A stretch of 64,000 bases of DNA from Schmidtea polychroa (taxonomy: Eukaryota). The position numbers and the translations under genes are program-made. Shown here piece by piece: positions 8,121-18,471 of this stretch. The notes beneath the pieces were generated by a model. The model saw only the letters and a list, made by a program, of their open reading frames with translations, had not been told where the DNA came from and searched no databases. The stretch covers positions 81,880,397 to 81,944,396 of the forward strand of contig CM097887.1 of assembly GCA_044892525.1 (NCBI GenBank). Reading direction: 5' to 3'. Positions within the stretch are counted from its first letter, which is position 1. Every line of letters begins with the position of its first letter.

Positions 8121-8193
8121 GCCTTAGTAGCTCAGTGGTTAGAGCACTGGTCTAGTAAACCAGGGGTCGTGAGTTCAATTCTCACCGAAGGCA
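8121..8193 (+). tRNA. trnT: tRNA-Thr(AGT), acceptor-stem variant (A6:G67 mismatch)
   Basis: As above but begins GCCTTAG. Confidence 0.85.
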
Positions 8194-8378
8194 ATTTTTT
8201 CCTAAATAAATTTTATCACATCAACATTAATCTTGTCTTGTCCGTTTTTGTTTCTAGTATTAGAAAAATTCCAACAAAAAATCCTATTGATTGTCCGACT
8301 TGTGTATGGGTTGGATTTTGAATTTTTCGGTACAGAATGCCACTTTATAGATTTAAATAGAAATCTCTCAAATTGCAA

Positions 8379-8451
8379 GCCTTCGTAGCTCAGTGGTTAG
8401 AGCACTGGTCTAGTAAACCAGGGGTCGTGAGTTCAATTCTCACCGAAGGCA
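8379..8451 (+). tRNA. trnT: tRNA-Thr(AGT)
   Basis: Perfect cloverleaf identical to 7863-7935. Confidence 0.95.
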
Positions 8452-8636
8452 ATTTTTTCCTAAATAAATTTTATCACATCAACATAAATCTTGTCTTGTC
8501 CGTTTTTGTTTCTAGTATTACAAAAATTCCAACAAAAAATCCTATTGATTGTCCGACTTGTGTATGGGTTGGATTTTGATTTTTTCGGTACAGAATGCCA
8601 CTTTATAGATTTAAATAGAAATCTCTCAAATTGCAA

Positions 8637-8657
8637 GCCTTCGTAGCTCAGTGGTTA
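8637..8657 (+). pseudogene. 5' part (nt 1-21) of interrupted tRNA-Thr(AGT), array-type sequence
   Basis: GCCTTCGTAGCTCAGTGGTTA followed directly by the ATG of ORF1. Confidence 0.93.
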
Positions 8658-10934
8658 ATGGAAAAACACACAACGATGATGCAATCGCCTACGAATGAAT
8701 TACTCATCAATCTCAATCAAAAATTACCGAATTTTGGATTACTCAATTGCAAAATTGCAAAATCTTCAATCATGTCTATGTTGAAATCTCAAATTCAACA
8801 ATCTCAAGCTATTTTGGACCTGATTTCAAAAGATTCTGAAGAACCTTCAATTCTGGAACCGGTTGAATCAATTAAAGAAATGCCAGAAGATTCTTTGGAA
8901 TGCTCAAAGGAAAAGATGCCACTCCTTTTAAATTTGCCTTTTCCAATTGAGGAAAGATTTCAGATACTGGAGAAGTCTATCGAATCTATATCTGGTAGGA
9001 TTGATTTGATTTCTAATTTTCTTAATGTTAATAATGATGACAATAATAAAAACTTTTTTATTAAAAATTTAAAAGTAAATAATATTTCAAATAAGCATCT
9101 TCCTGTAATTTCTAACACTAAACCTGAAATTAATTCAAACTACTCTTCTAAATTAGTGGATAGTTCCGATAAATTGAAGGCGCCTTTTGTTGATGTTGAA
9201 ATAGAGAAGTCGAAAACTCTGCATGTGGATTATAAGGGAAGTAATACTGCGTTTAAAGAGGATAATGATATAGATAGATCAACTCGTATTTTGACAAAAA
9301 AAGAACGAGCTAATTTTTTGAAGAGCTTTCCAAAGTTTATTAATTTAATCAAATTAGGTGAATCAAAATTTAAAGAGAATTTAATTAATTATGAACTTAA
9401 TTTAATAACTAAATCAAAATTAAACTTTAATATTAATAATTTTGAAAAGTTATATTTTGAAAATGGAAAGTTTTTTATTTCTATTTATAACAAAAATGGA
9501 ATGAGACCTGAGGTTAGGAATATGAAAGCTTTAATAAAACCTAAAATTATCTCTAGCAGTGGCCGAATTTTAAATAAAACTTTTATTTCAAGTTTAATTC
9601 GTACTGACAACAATTATAGTAAAATCTCTGCTTCTTTAGCAATTAAGAAATTTTTATTTGCATTTTCTGACAAATTAGCTGCAACTGTTTCCATTAAAAA
9701 TATTAATCAAAAGGGCTCTGTCATTAATAAAGAATTAGATTTACTAAAAAAAGAAAATAAACTTCCACAATTTTTAATAAATTCAGATATTAAATATCTA
9801 AATGGGGAATTTGTAATAAATGACATATTCAGTCCTTCAGAATCTCAAAATGAAGTTGTGAATCGCAGAGAGTTGTCTAGATCACAATTAAATCAATTAT
9901 TTAAAAGTCATCCAGAGCTGAAAGAGATGTGTTTTGTTGAAAACTCATCTAAATGTGCATCAAAATTGACTAATTTGTTACATAATTTAAAATTAAATAA
10001 TAACTTTCTTGAGAATATTGAGTTTGATTCAGGAAGGTTTTTCAAATCTAAAGAAACTGTAAATAATGAATCAATTGGTGCGTCTGACATCATGTTTAAC
10101 TTGGGACTGCTCAACTTCATTGACATTTCTAAGAAAAATGATGATTTTAAGGAACTTCTACTTTCAACTTCTTCTCCTCAAAAGCTGGTTGATTTGATCT
10201 TTACGATAAATTATAAAATCTTGACGAAGGACATCAACTACTTGAACAATATTACCTATGGAAATTATGTCATGAATTATTTTATAAATATTTTACTTTT
10301 ACACTCTGTAGCTGATCTTGAAACTTGTGAATCTCTCACAATTGACGACTTTGATTATTGGAGCGCTGACATGATAGAAAAAATTCCTTCTTCGTCATAT
10401 TACTCTCAAAGTTGCAAGGAAAAGTTACTTAAATATAGGCAGTGGAAACTAGAGGGGGAAGTTGATAAACTAAGAAATATTATTTCGCCTGAGACAATTA
10501 ATGTTGTTAATAAATTTTTGATTTCATCGGATGACTCTAATAAATCTATTAAGGAAGCAACTTTGAGTTTAGATGAACAAATGGACAAAATTAATACATT
10601 TAAACTAGGCGACAATGACCCAGACATTTTGAAATCTAAGCGGTTACTATACTTTATTTTGAGAGACAAGAAGTTGTTTCTAAGAAATAACAGCAAAATC
10701 TTCCAATTACCTATGACATGCAAAAAAATATGCACTCCAAAAATGTCATTATGTATTCATGAACTCTTGGACTTTCTTAAGGGGATAGAAAATCATTCAT
10801 CTCCGATCTTTCCTACAATAGTTGACTCTCCATTGGTTATTGAATCACTTCCAACTGATATAGACGCTGAGACGGATACAATAAAATCTCGTACTCGAAA
10901 TGGTCGAAGAAGAGCGTTATCCGATTCTAAATGA
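8658..10934 (+). CDS. ORF1, copy 2 (758 aa)
   Basis: ATG at 8658 matches copies 1 and 3; two amino-acid differences from copy 1. Confidence 0.85.
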   Translation: MEKHTTMMQSPTNELLINLNQKLPNFGLLNCKIAKSSIMSMLKSQIQQSQAILDLISKDSEEPSILEPVESIKEMPEDSLECSKEKMPLLLNLPFPIEERFQILEKSIESISGRIDLISNFLNVNNDDNNKNFFIKNLKVNNISNKHLPVISNTKPEINSNYSSKLVDSSDKLKAPFVDVEIEKSKTLHVDYKGSNTAFKEDNDIDRSTRILTKKERANFLKSFPKFINLIKLGESKFKENLINYELNLITKSKLNFNINNFEKLYFENGKFFISIYNKNGMRPEVRNMKALIKPKIISSSGRILNKTFISSLIRTDNNYSKISASLAIKKFLFAFSDKLAATVSIKNINQKGSVINKELDLLKKENKLPQFLINSDIKYLNGEFVINDIFSPSESQNEVVNRRELSRSQLNQLFKSHPELKEMCFVENSSKCASKLTNLLHNLKLNNNFLENIEFDSGRFFKSKETVNNESIGASDIMFNLGLLNFIDISKKNDDFKELLLSTSSPQKLVDLIFTINYKILTKDINYLNNITYGNYVMNYFINILLLHSVADLETCESLTIDDFDYWSADMIEKIPSSSYYSQSCKEKLLKYRQWKLEGEVDKLRNIISPETINVVNKFLISSDDSNKSIKEATLSLDEQMDKINTFKLGDNDPDILKSKRLLYFILRDKKLFLRNNSKIFQLPMTCKKICTPKMSLCIHELLDFLKGIENHSSPIFPTIVDSPLVIESLPTDIDAETDTIKSRTRNGRRRALSDSK

Positions 10935-13900
10935 AAATGTGTGCCTGCATCAGTGAAAATATCTGCTCCGTTCTCATATGAAACTGATGCAGAATGCACA
11001 AATAAACTTTCTGAAATTGACCGAACACGCTGGTTTACTGATGATGAAATTGATTATTTCCTTCTACATCATATCAATAATCCAATGTTTACCTTTATAA
11101 GATGTTTCATTGTTAGTATCTTATGTTCTGATATTGCTGAAAATGTTGTTGATCTTCCCAAAGCTATTTTTGAAGCTCAAGTAATTCTATGTCCACTCAA
11201 CATTAACAACTCACATTGGGTCTTGTTTGTTTATTGTAAATCTTCATTAACTTCTTATTTTATCGATCCGATCTTGAAGAATAGAAATAGATTAGTAAAT
11301 AAGGAGAGAGCTGTTAAAATAAACAATGTATTAAATTGTACTTTCAATCTTGATTCATTAATAATTGAACACCCGTATAAAGATCTTGTTTATCAAGATA
11401 ATAATTACGATTGTGGTCCTTTCATTTGCGGTTATGCGATGATTGTATCGCAAGAATGGAGCTCAATTCCTAATACGTTTGTCGAATACATTAGGAAACA
11501 ATTGTTTCACTGTCAATCTATTTCTACTGTATCAGGAGGTGGCTTATCTAAAAATCATTTTCTCAATAAAATCAACTTCAAAAAGGCAATAAAACCTAAA
11601 AGCAAACCCATTATGAATGTCAAAATTATAAACCCTAATAATGAGAAAGCTTGTGTCTCATCTCTGATAAGCAAATGGTACGAAAAATATCCAAGTATAT
11701 TAGTTCTTTCTCCCGAAATAACAAATAGTTTAATCAGTCAAAATGATAATTTTATAATTGAAAATATTACATTTTTGCAATTTAGAAACGTTGATCATAT
11801 AATTTGTATAATTCCTAACGATAATTGCTGGTGTCTATTGTTTTGCTCAGTCAAATATGGACATAGTTATCTTTTTGATCTTAAACCTGGTTCGATTACT
11901 GAAAGATTGATAGGAATTTGTGAAAATATTACCGATTATTTGAATAAATTTACTCTAAATAAAAAGGTTTATTTTGAAAAGAATCAAAATGCTTTTCGTT
12001 TAAAAATTTCATCTGAAGATCCGTTTGAATATGCAGTTGGGTACATTGCCTTCTTAGAAAAATATCTTTTTAATAGAATATTTGATAGAGATTATGTGAT
12101 TAAAACTCTCAAACATATGAATGTGCAGCAGGCAATTGAAATTAACAAAAATTTAAATTTAATTAATTGCAAAATTACTGATAAAATTATAACTAATTTT
12201 TTTAATAACTTGAAACATTCCTCAGATTTTATTTTACTTAATAATACAATGTGCACTGCAATTTATGAAGACTGTACTCAATATCTGAAAGATTTTTTAA
12301 ATATTGAGTATTTGATAAAAGCACAGGTTATTTTTTGTATTATGGCCCCTCCTAAAGCTCAAGAAATATTGTTTGTCATTGACTATAAAACTGATGAGCA
12401 TTACTTTCTCAATCCCTCAACTTTAATTACTAATTTTAATTATTTATTTACTAGTCAAACTTTGTTGCATAAAATCAACGAAATTAGAGAATCGGCCGGT
12501 TGTTGTATAAAATCTGGTAATATTCCGCATGATGTTCGTGGTTCTGGCCTTGTGAGTCGTGTACTCATTTGTGCTTTTATAAAAAACTATATTTCTGATT
12601 TATCTTTAGAGAACCTCAATTTATTTGATATAGGCAGTGTAATTACTTCTTTGTTACCTCCAATAACGGAAACGATCAAGGTTTCGAAAAAAGACTTAAA
12701 TGTAAAAAAAGAAATTGAAAAACCTTCTTTGGAGCGTCGAATTGAGAAAATTAATCTCCTTTTATCAAATTTAGAAAACAGCAACGTTAATGAAATCTGT
12801 AAGATAATCATTGACAATTCATTGCGTCAAAGATCAGATGACAAAACTATGATTCGTAGACCTTATCTGGGAAATAAACCTTCTTACGACAAACCTGACA
12901 AAAATATACTAATATCTGGCTTCCTATCTAATATGAAATTGACAGTGAATAAAATACTGGCTGATGAGAAAATTGATGAAAGACCTTCAATAACTGACTA
13001 CATTTCTAATTTCACTCATTCTGATCCTGTCATTAAATCTTACGATAAAGTGTTTAATTTCTGTCTGAGTTCTTTGTCAACTCTAGTTCTGAATCTAATT
13101 TCCACTGAAGATGTAAAGTTTGAAATTAAAAAAGCAGACAACACTTCTCCTGGACTTGATGATATCAAGTATAAAGATTTATCTATTTTTGATCCTGAAT
13201 ACAAATTATTGACATTTTTCTTTAACAAAATAATAGTCGATAAAAATGTTCCAGAATGTTTAAAATCTTTCAAAACAATTATGATTCCGAAGCCTGATAA
13301 AGGTGACAAGTACACTTTAGTTTCTTCATGGCGACCAATAGCTCTATTGTCAGTCATTTACAAAGTGTTTGCGTCAGTGTTAGCTAGTCGTTTGACCAGT
13401 TGGGTGAAGGTCAATAATTTACTACACATTGGTCAGAAAGGAGGCTCAATCCACGACGGATGTGTTGAACATAACTCTGTTCTTTCTTCCTGCTTGGAAC
13501 ACTCAAAATACAGTAAAAACACTCCAATTGCTATAGCCTGGCTTGATATTAAAGACGCCTTTGGCAGTGTCCCTCATGATTACATGTGGAAAATCCTGCG
13601 TCGCGTTGGAGTCAGTGAGGAATTCACCAACATCTTGAAGCTGTTATATACCGATACAAGTTCTTTCTACACTTGTGGTCCAATTATTACACCAAACATT
13701 GCCATTAAACAGGGTGTCAAACAAGGATGCCCTATTTCAATGATTTTGTTTGCAATTGCGATAAATCCTGTTCTTGAATCTGTTAGTCAATCAAATGTGA
13801 AACCTTTCAAAATTGCTGGATCTTCGGTTCAAGTTCTTGCATATGCTGATGACATTGCACTTGTTGCAAATAATGTTTCCGATTTACAACGCATAATTGA

Positions 13901-15479
13901 CATTGCAGTCGATACTGCTAATGAAATAGGTTTTGAATATCGACCTGAAAAGTGTGCTTTTCTTGAACTTCCAAATATTAACTCTGAAAGTAAAATCACA
14001 ATCAATGGAATAAATATTAAGAAACTTTTACCAAACGAATTTTACCAATATCTGGGAGTTCCAGTCGGTGAGGAAACTGACCAAAGTCCTTACGAGATTT
14101 TGAATAAAGTTATTGTTGATGCAAATAAAATTGCAGAATCTGACTTGTTGGGATGGCAAAAATTGAAAGCCTACAAAGTCTTTCTACACTCGCGCCTAAT
14201 CTTTCCATTTAGAACGAGAGAAATAAAGATCAGTGCTCTTTCAACAACACAAGTTAATTGTACGAGTAAACTGAGAAGTATTCTAAGAAAGATCTTGAAT
14301 TTGCCCAACCATTCTGAGACCAGTTATCTTTACAACTCCATTGAAAATGGAGGTGCGTCTTGTATTGATCTTCTTGATGAATATCATACACAGACGATTA
14401 GTCATTTTTTCCGACTCTTTACCTCTAATTGCATGTTCACTCGTAATATCAATATTGACTCTTTGAAATTCGTCACTGGTCCTCGACTGGGAATCAAGGA
14501 ACCATCAATGCAAGAGAGTTTCAACTGGATAAATGGAGCTGAAAATATCAAAACTCATTCTGGAAAGAAAACGAGATTCTATCGACCTCGGATAGCAATC
14601 AAGTACTTTCAAAGAACTCATGGTATTACCTTGTCTTTTGAAGTCGAGAAAAATGAGCCTGTTCTTCGATTTACAACTATCGAACGTGGTACTTGTGTGT
14701 TGACAGCTTTGAATCGGAAAGCGATTTCTAAAATCATACATATTGCACTTTATGATGCTTATTTTTCTAAATGGAAATTAAGTAGCACGAGTGGATCTTG
14801 TGCTTATAGTTTATCACCGAAAATCAATAAAGCGATTTACAATGGCAATCTTCGTGAAAGTCCTTGGAAATTCATACATCGTGCACGTACAAACACATTG
14901 TCTACCTTTGCTAAACCTTATCGAAAACCTGATGATAGACTTTGTAGGCGTTGTCATATTGAAGAGGAAACACTTTGCCATGTTCTGCAAACATGCAAAA
15001 TTCACCAAATCCTTGCTCTTAAAAGACATAACGAATGCTTACGACTTATTACTGAGCAACTGAAAAATCCTTTTCTTATTGTTGTTATTGACCACACTTG
15101 TTCACTTGTTGTTGACTCTAAGGAGCGAGTTGATTTAATGATAACGGATAATGATAAAAAGAAAATTTTCATGGTAGACGTCAAATGTCCTTTTGACACT
15201 CTACAGACCTTTGAAACGGTAGATAAAGGAAATTTGACAAAATACGATAATCTTCGACAGCAAATACAAGTTGCAAAGCCAAATTTTAAGGTGGAACTTT
15301 ATACTTGTATCATTGGCTCATTAGGTTCTGTTCCACCAATGACATATGATGTGCTTGAGAAGATTGGAGTACCTAATCATAAAGTTGAATCTCTTGTAAG
15401 AGAATGTGCAATGAGCAATATAATGCACTCGGCTAAATCTTGGCATTACCATGCATATGGTATCTTACCAGGCTTCTAA
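10935..15479 (+). CDS. ORF2, copy 2 (protease-RT-RLE), intact
   Basis: Same motifs as copy 1, one H>Y change; in frame with ORF1 after TGA 10932-10934. Confidence 0.95.
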   Translation, partial: KCVPASVKISAPFSYETDAECTNKLSEIDRTRWFTDDEIDYFLLHHINNPMFTFIRCFIVSILCSDIAENVVDLPKAIFEAQVILCPLNINNSHWVLFVYCKSSLTSYFIDPILKNRNRLVNKERAVKINNVLNCTFNLDSLIIEHPYKDLVYQDNNYDCGPFICGYAMIVSQEWSSIPNTFVEYIRKQLFHCQSISTVSGGGLSKNHFLNKINFKKAIKPKSKPIMNVKIINPNNEKACVSSLISKWYEKYPSILVLSPEITNSLISQNDNFIIENITFLQFRNVDHIICIIPNDNCWCLLFCSVKYGHSYLFDLKPGSITERLIGICENITDYLNKFTLNKKVYFEKNQNAFRLKISSEDPFEYAVGYIAFLEKYLFNRIFDRDYVIKTLKHMNVQQAIEINKNLNLINCKITDKIITNFFNNLKHSSDFILLNNTMCTAIYEDCTQYLKDFLNIEYLIKAQVIFCIMAPPKAQEILFVIDYKTDEHYFLNPSTLITNFNYLFTSQTLLHKINEIRESAGCCIKSGNIPHDVRGSGLVSRVLICAFIKNYISDLSLENLNLFDIGSVITSLLPPITETIKVSKKDLNVKKEIEKPSLERRIEKINLLLSNLENSNVNEICKIIIDNSLRQRSDDKTMIRRPYLGNKPSYDKPDKNILISGFLSNMKLTVNKILADEKIDERPSITDYISNFTHSDPVIKSYDKVFNFCLSSLSTLVLNLISTEDVKFEIKKADNTSPGLDDIKYKDLSIFDPEYKLLTFFFNKIIVDKNVPECLKSFKTIMIPKPDKGDKYTLVSSWRPIALLSVIYKVFASVLASRLTSWVKVNNLLHIGQKGGSIHDGCVEHNSVLSSCLEHSKYSKNTPIAIAWLDIKDAFGSVPHDYMWKILRRVGVSEEFTNILKLLYTDTSSFYTCGPIITPNIAIKQGVKQGCPISMILFAIAINPVLESVSQSNVKPFKIAGSSVQVLAYADDIALVANNVSDLQRIIDIAVDTANEIGFEYRPEKCAFLELPNINSESKITINGINIKKLLPNEFYQYLGVPVGEETDQSPYEILNKVIVDANKIAESDLLGWQKLKAYKVFLHSRLIFPFRTREIKISALSTTQVNCTSKLRSILRKILNLPNHSETSYLYNSIENGGASCIDLLDEYHTQTISHFFRLFTSNCMFTRNINIDSLKFVTGPRLGIKEPSMQESFNWINGAENIKTHSGKKTRFYRPRIAIKYFQRTHGITLSFEVEKNEPVLRFTTIERGTCVLTALNRKAISKIIHIALYDAYFSKWKLSSTSGSCAYSLSPKINKAIYNGNLRESPWKFIHRARTNTLSTFAKPYRKPDDRLCRRCHIEEETLCHVLQTCKIHQILALKRHNECLRLITEQLKNPFLIVVIDHTCSLVVDSKERVDLMITDNDKKKIFMVDVKCPFDTLQTFETVDKGNLTKYDNLRQQIQVAKPNFKVELYTCIIGSLGSVPPMTYDVLEKIGVPNHKVESLVRECAMSNIMHSAKSWHYHAYGILPGF

Positions 15480-15946
15480 TTATTAAAATTCGATTGAAAA
15501 TAATTAATTTTGTTTCTCATATTAATTAAAAAAAAAAAAAAAAAACTGTCATCATTATTTATTTAAAGCATTATGAGGAATTGAATATCATTTTAATCTT
15601 GCCACTTATTAGTTTTGATAACCTAAACATGATAATAATCTTTTCAATTCATCATGAAGAGCTGAAACAAGAAATCTTTGCAGAAACCTAGAATGGCGCT
15701 TAATTAATTTGGCTCTAAAACTTCTGCAAGTGTTAAGCTAAGCCGGAAACGAATCTCCGATGAAATCCAATATGCCTGAGAAATTTCAAGAAACAAAGTG
15801 CTTTCGAGACGAGTATTCTCCCAACCGATATAATTATCATAGAGATTTTGATCACCCAAGTGCCGACATTTCTTGAATGGCTGTTCCAAGTTGAACGTTC
15901 TCAACAGATAAAAATCCAAAAACTTGTTATATTAATAAAATTTTAT

Positions 15947-15988
15947 CTAGTAAACCAGGGGTCGTGAGTTCAATTCTCACCGAAGGCA
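15947..15988 (+). pseudogene. 3' half of interrupted tRNA-Thr(AGT)
   Basis: Same junction TTTTAT|CTAGTAAACC. Confidence 0.95.
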
Positions 15989-16168
15989 ATTTTTTCCTAA
16001 ATAAATTTTATCACATCAACATAAATCTTGTCTTGTCCGTTTTTGTTTCTAGTATTACAAAAATTCCAACAAAAAATCCTATTGATTGTCCGACTTGTGT
16101 ATGGGTTGGATTTTGATTTTTTCGGTACAGAATGCCACTTTATAGATTTAAATAGAAATCTCTCAAAT

Positions 16169-16194
16169 ACTAAGCCCCTATAGCTCAGAGGTTA
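16169..16194 (+). other. Variant tRNA 5' half plus leader fused to ORF1 ATG
   Basis: Identical to 279-304. Confidence 0.85.
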
Positions 16195-18471
16195 ATGGAA
16201 AAACACACAACGATGACGCAATCGCCTACGAATGAATTACTCATCAATCTCAATCAAAAATTACCGAATTTTGGATTACTCAATTGCAAAATTGCAAAAT
16301 CTTCAATCATGTCTATGTTGAAATCTCAAATTCAACAATCTCAAGCTATTTTGGACCTGATTTCAAAAGATTCTGAAGAACCTTCAATTCTGGAACCGGT
16401 TGAATCAATTAAAGAAATGCCAGAAGATTCTTTGGAATGCTCAAAGGAAAAGATGCCACTCCTTTTAAATTTGCCTTTTCCAATTGAGGAAAGATTTCAG
16501 ATACTGGAGAAGTCTATCGAATCTATATCTGGTAGGATTGATTTGATTTCTAATTTTCTTAATGTTAATAATGATGACAATAATAAAAACTTTTTTATTA
16601 AAAATTTAAAAGTAAATAATATTTCAAATAAGCATCTTCCTGTAATTTCTAACACTAAACCTGAAATTAATTCAAACTACTCTTCTAAATTAGTGGATAG
16701 TTCCGATAAATTGAAGGCGCCTTTTGTTGATGTTGAAATAGAGAAGTCGAAAACTCTGCATGTGGATTATAAGGGAAGTAATACTGCGTTTAAAGAGGAT
16801 AATGATATAGATAGATCAACTCGTATTTTGACAAAAAAAGAACGAGCTAATTTTTTGAAGAGCTTTCCAAAGTTTATTAATTTAATCAAATTAGGTGAAT
16901 CAAAATTTAAAGAGAATTTAATTAATTATGAACTTAATTTAATAACTAAATCAAAATTAAACTTTAATATTAATAATTTTGAAAAGTTATATTTTGAAAA
17001 TGGAAAGTTTTTTATTTCTATTTATAACAAAAATGGAATGAGACCTGAGGTTAGGAATATGAAAGCTTTAATAAAACCTAAAATTATCTCTAGCAGTGGC
17101 CGAATTTTAAATAAAACTTTTATTTCAAGTTTAATTCGTACTGACAACAATTATAGTAAAATCTCTGCTTCTTTAGCAATTAAGAAATTTTTATTTGCAT
17201 TTTCTGACAAATTAGCTGCAACTGTTTCCATTAAAAATATTAATCAAAAGGGCTCTGTCATTAATAAAGAATTAGATTTACTAAAAAAAGAAAATAAACT
17301 TCCACAATTTTTAATAAATTCAGATATTAAATATCTAAATGGGGAATTTGTAATAAATGACATATTCAGTCCTTCAGAATCTCAAAATGAAGTTGTGAAT
17401 CGCAGAGAGTTGTCTAGATCACAATTAAATCAATTATTTAAAAGTCATCCAGAGCTGAAAGAGATGTGTTTTGTTGAAAACTCATCTAAATGTGCATCAA
17501 AATTGACTAATTTGTTACATAATTTAAAATTAAATAATAACTTTCTTGAGAATATTGAGTTTGATTCAGGAAGGTTTTTCAAATCTAAAGAAACTGTAAA
17601 TAATGAATCAATTGGTGCGTCTGACATCATGTTTAACTTGGGACTGCTCAACTTCATTGACATTTCTAAGAAAAATGATGATTTTAAGGAACTTCTACTT
17701 TCAACTTCTTCTCCTCAAAAGCTGGTTGATTTGATCTTTACGATAAATTATAAAATCTTGACGAAGGACATCAACTACTTGAACAACATTACCTATGGAA
17801 ATTATGTCATGAATTATTTTATAAATATTTTACTTTTACACTCTGTAGCTGATCTTGAAACTTGTGAATCTCTCACAATTGACGACTTTGATTATTGGAG
17901 CGCTGACATGATAGAAAAAATTCCTTCTTCGTCATATTACTCTCAAAGTTGCAAGGAAAAGTTACTTAAATATAGGCAGTGGAAACTAGAGGGGGAAGTT
18001 GATAAACTAAGAAATATTATTTCGCCTGAGACAATTAATGTTGTTAATAAATTTTTGATTTCATCGGATGACTCTAATAAATCTATTAAGGAAGCAACTT
18101 TGAGTTTAGATGAACAAATGGACAAAATTAATACATTTAAACTAGGCGACAATGACCCAGACATTTTGAAATCTAAGCGGTTACTATACTTTATTTTGAG
18201 AGACAAGAAGTTGTTTCTAAGAAATAACAGCAAAATCTTCCAATTACCTATGACATGCAAAAAAATATGCACTCCAAAAATGTCATTATGTATTCATGAA
18301 CTCTTGGACTTTCTTAAGGGGATAGAAAATCATTCATCTCCGATCTTTCCTACAATAGTTGACTCTCCATTGGTTATTGAATCACTTCCAACTGATATAG
18401 ACGCTGAGACGGATACAATAAAATCTCGTACTCGAAATGGTCGAAGAAGAGCGTTATCCGATTCTAAATGA
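16195..18471 (+). CDS. ORF1, copy 3 (758 aa)
   Basis: Intact ORF matching copies 1 and 2. Confidence 0.85.
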   Translation: MEKHTTMTQSPTNELLINLNQKLPNFGLLNCKIAKSSIMSMLKSQIQQSQAILDLISKDSEEPSILEPVESIKEMPEDSLECSKEKMPLLLNLPFPIEERFQILEKSIESISGRIDLISNFLNVNNDDNNKNFFIKNLKVNNISNKHLPVISNTKPEINSNYSSKLVDSSDKLKAPFVDVEIEKSKTLHVDYKGSNTAFKEDNDIDRSTRILTKKERANFLKSFPKFINLIKLGESKFKENLINYELNLITKSKLNFNINNFEKLYFENGKFFISIYNKNGMRPEVRNMKALIKPKIISSSGRILNKTFISSLIRTDNNYSKISASLAIKKFLFAFSDKLAATVSIKNINQKGSVINKELDLLKKENKLPQFLINSDIKYLNGEFVINDIFSPSESQNEVVNRRELSRSQLNQLFKSHPELKEMCFVENSSKCASKLTNLLHNLKLNNNFLENIEFDSGRFFKSKETVNNESIGASDIMFNLGLLNFIDISKKNDDFKELLLSTSSPQKLVDLIFTINYKILTKDINYLNNITYGNYVMNYFINILLLHSVADLETCESLTIDDFDYWSADMIEKIPSSSYYSQSCKEKLLKYRQWKLEGEVDKLRNIISPETINVVNKFLISSDDSNKSIKEATLSLDEQMDKINTFKLGDNDPDILKSKRLLYFILRDKKLFLRNNSKIFQLPMTCKKICTPKMSLCIHELLDFLKGIENHSSPIFPTIVDSPLVIESLPTDIDAETDTIKSRTRNGRRRALSDSK

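Larger units (their letters stand above)
7636..8657 (+). repeat. 258-bp tandem tRNA-Thr(AGT) array segment
   Basis: tRNA starts at 7863, 8121, 8379, 8637 with near-identical spacers; the same period holds at 57-304, 15947-16194 and 23480-24243. Confidence 0.95.
8658..15946 (+). mobile_element. Full-length retrotransposon copy 2 (7289 bp)
   Basis: Near-identical to copy 1; 45-bp 3' UTR deletion and A18 instead of A15. Confidence 0.93.

Noticed and set aside
7857-8579. 68-81 aa ORFs MQAFVAQWLEHWSSKPG (also 23701, 23959)
   Set aside because: TTG-started translations of the tRNA genes and spacer; not proteins.
8631-8657. 9-aa N-terminal extension giving a 767-aa ORF1 in copy 2
   Set aside because: It is the tRNA leader and 5' half read from a TTG; the ATG shared by all copies is 8658.
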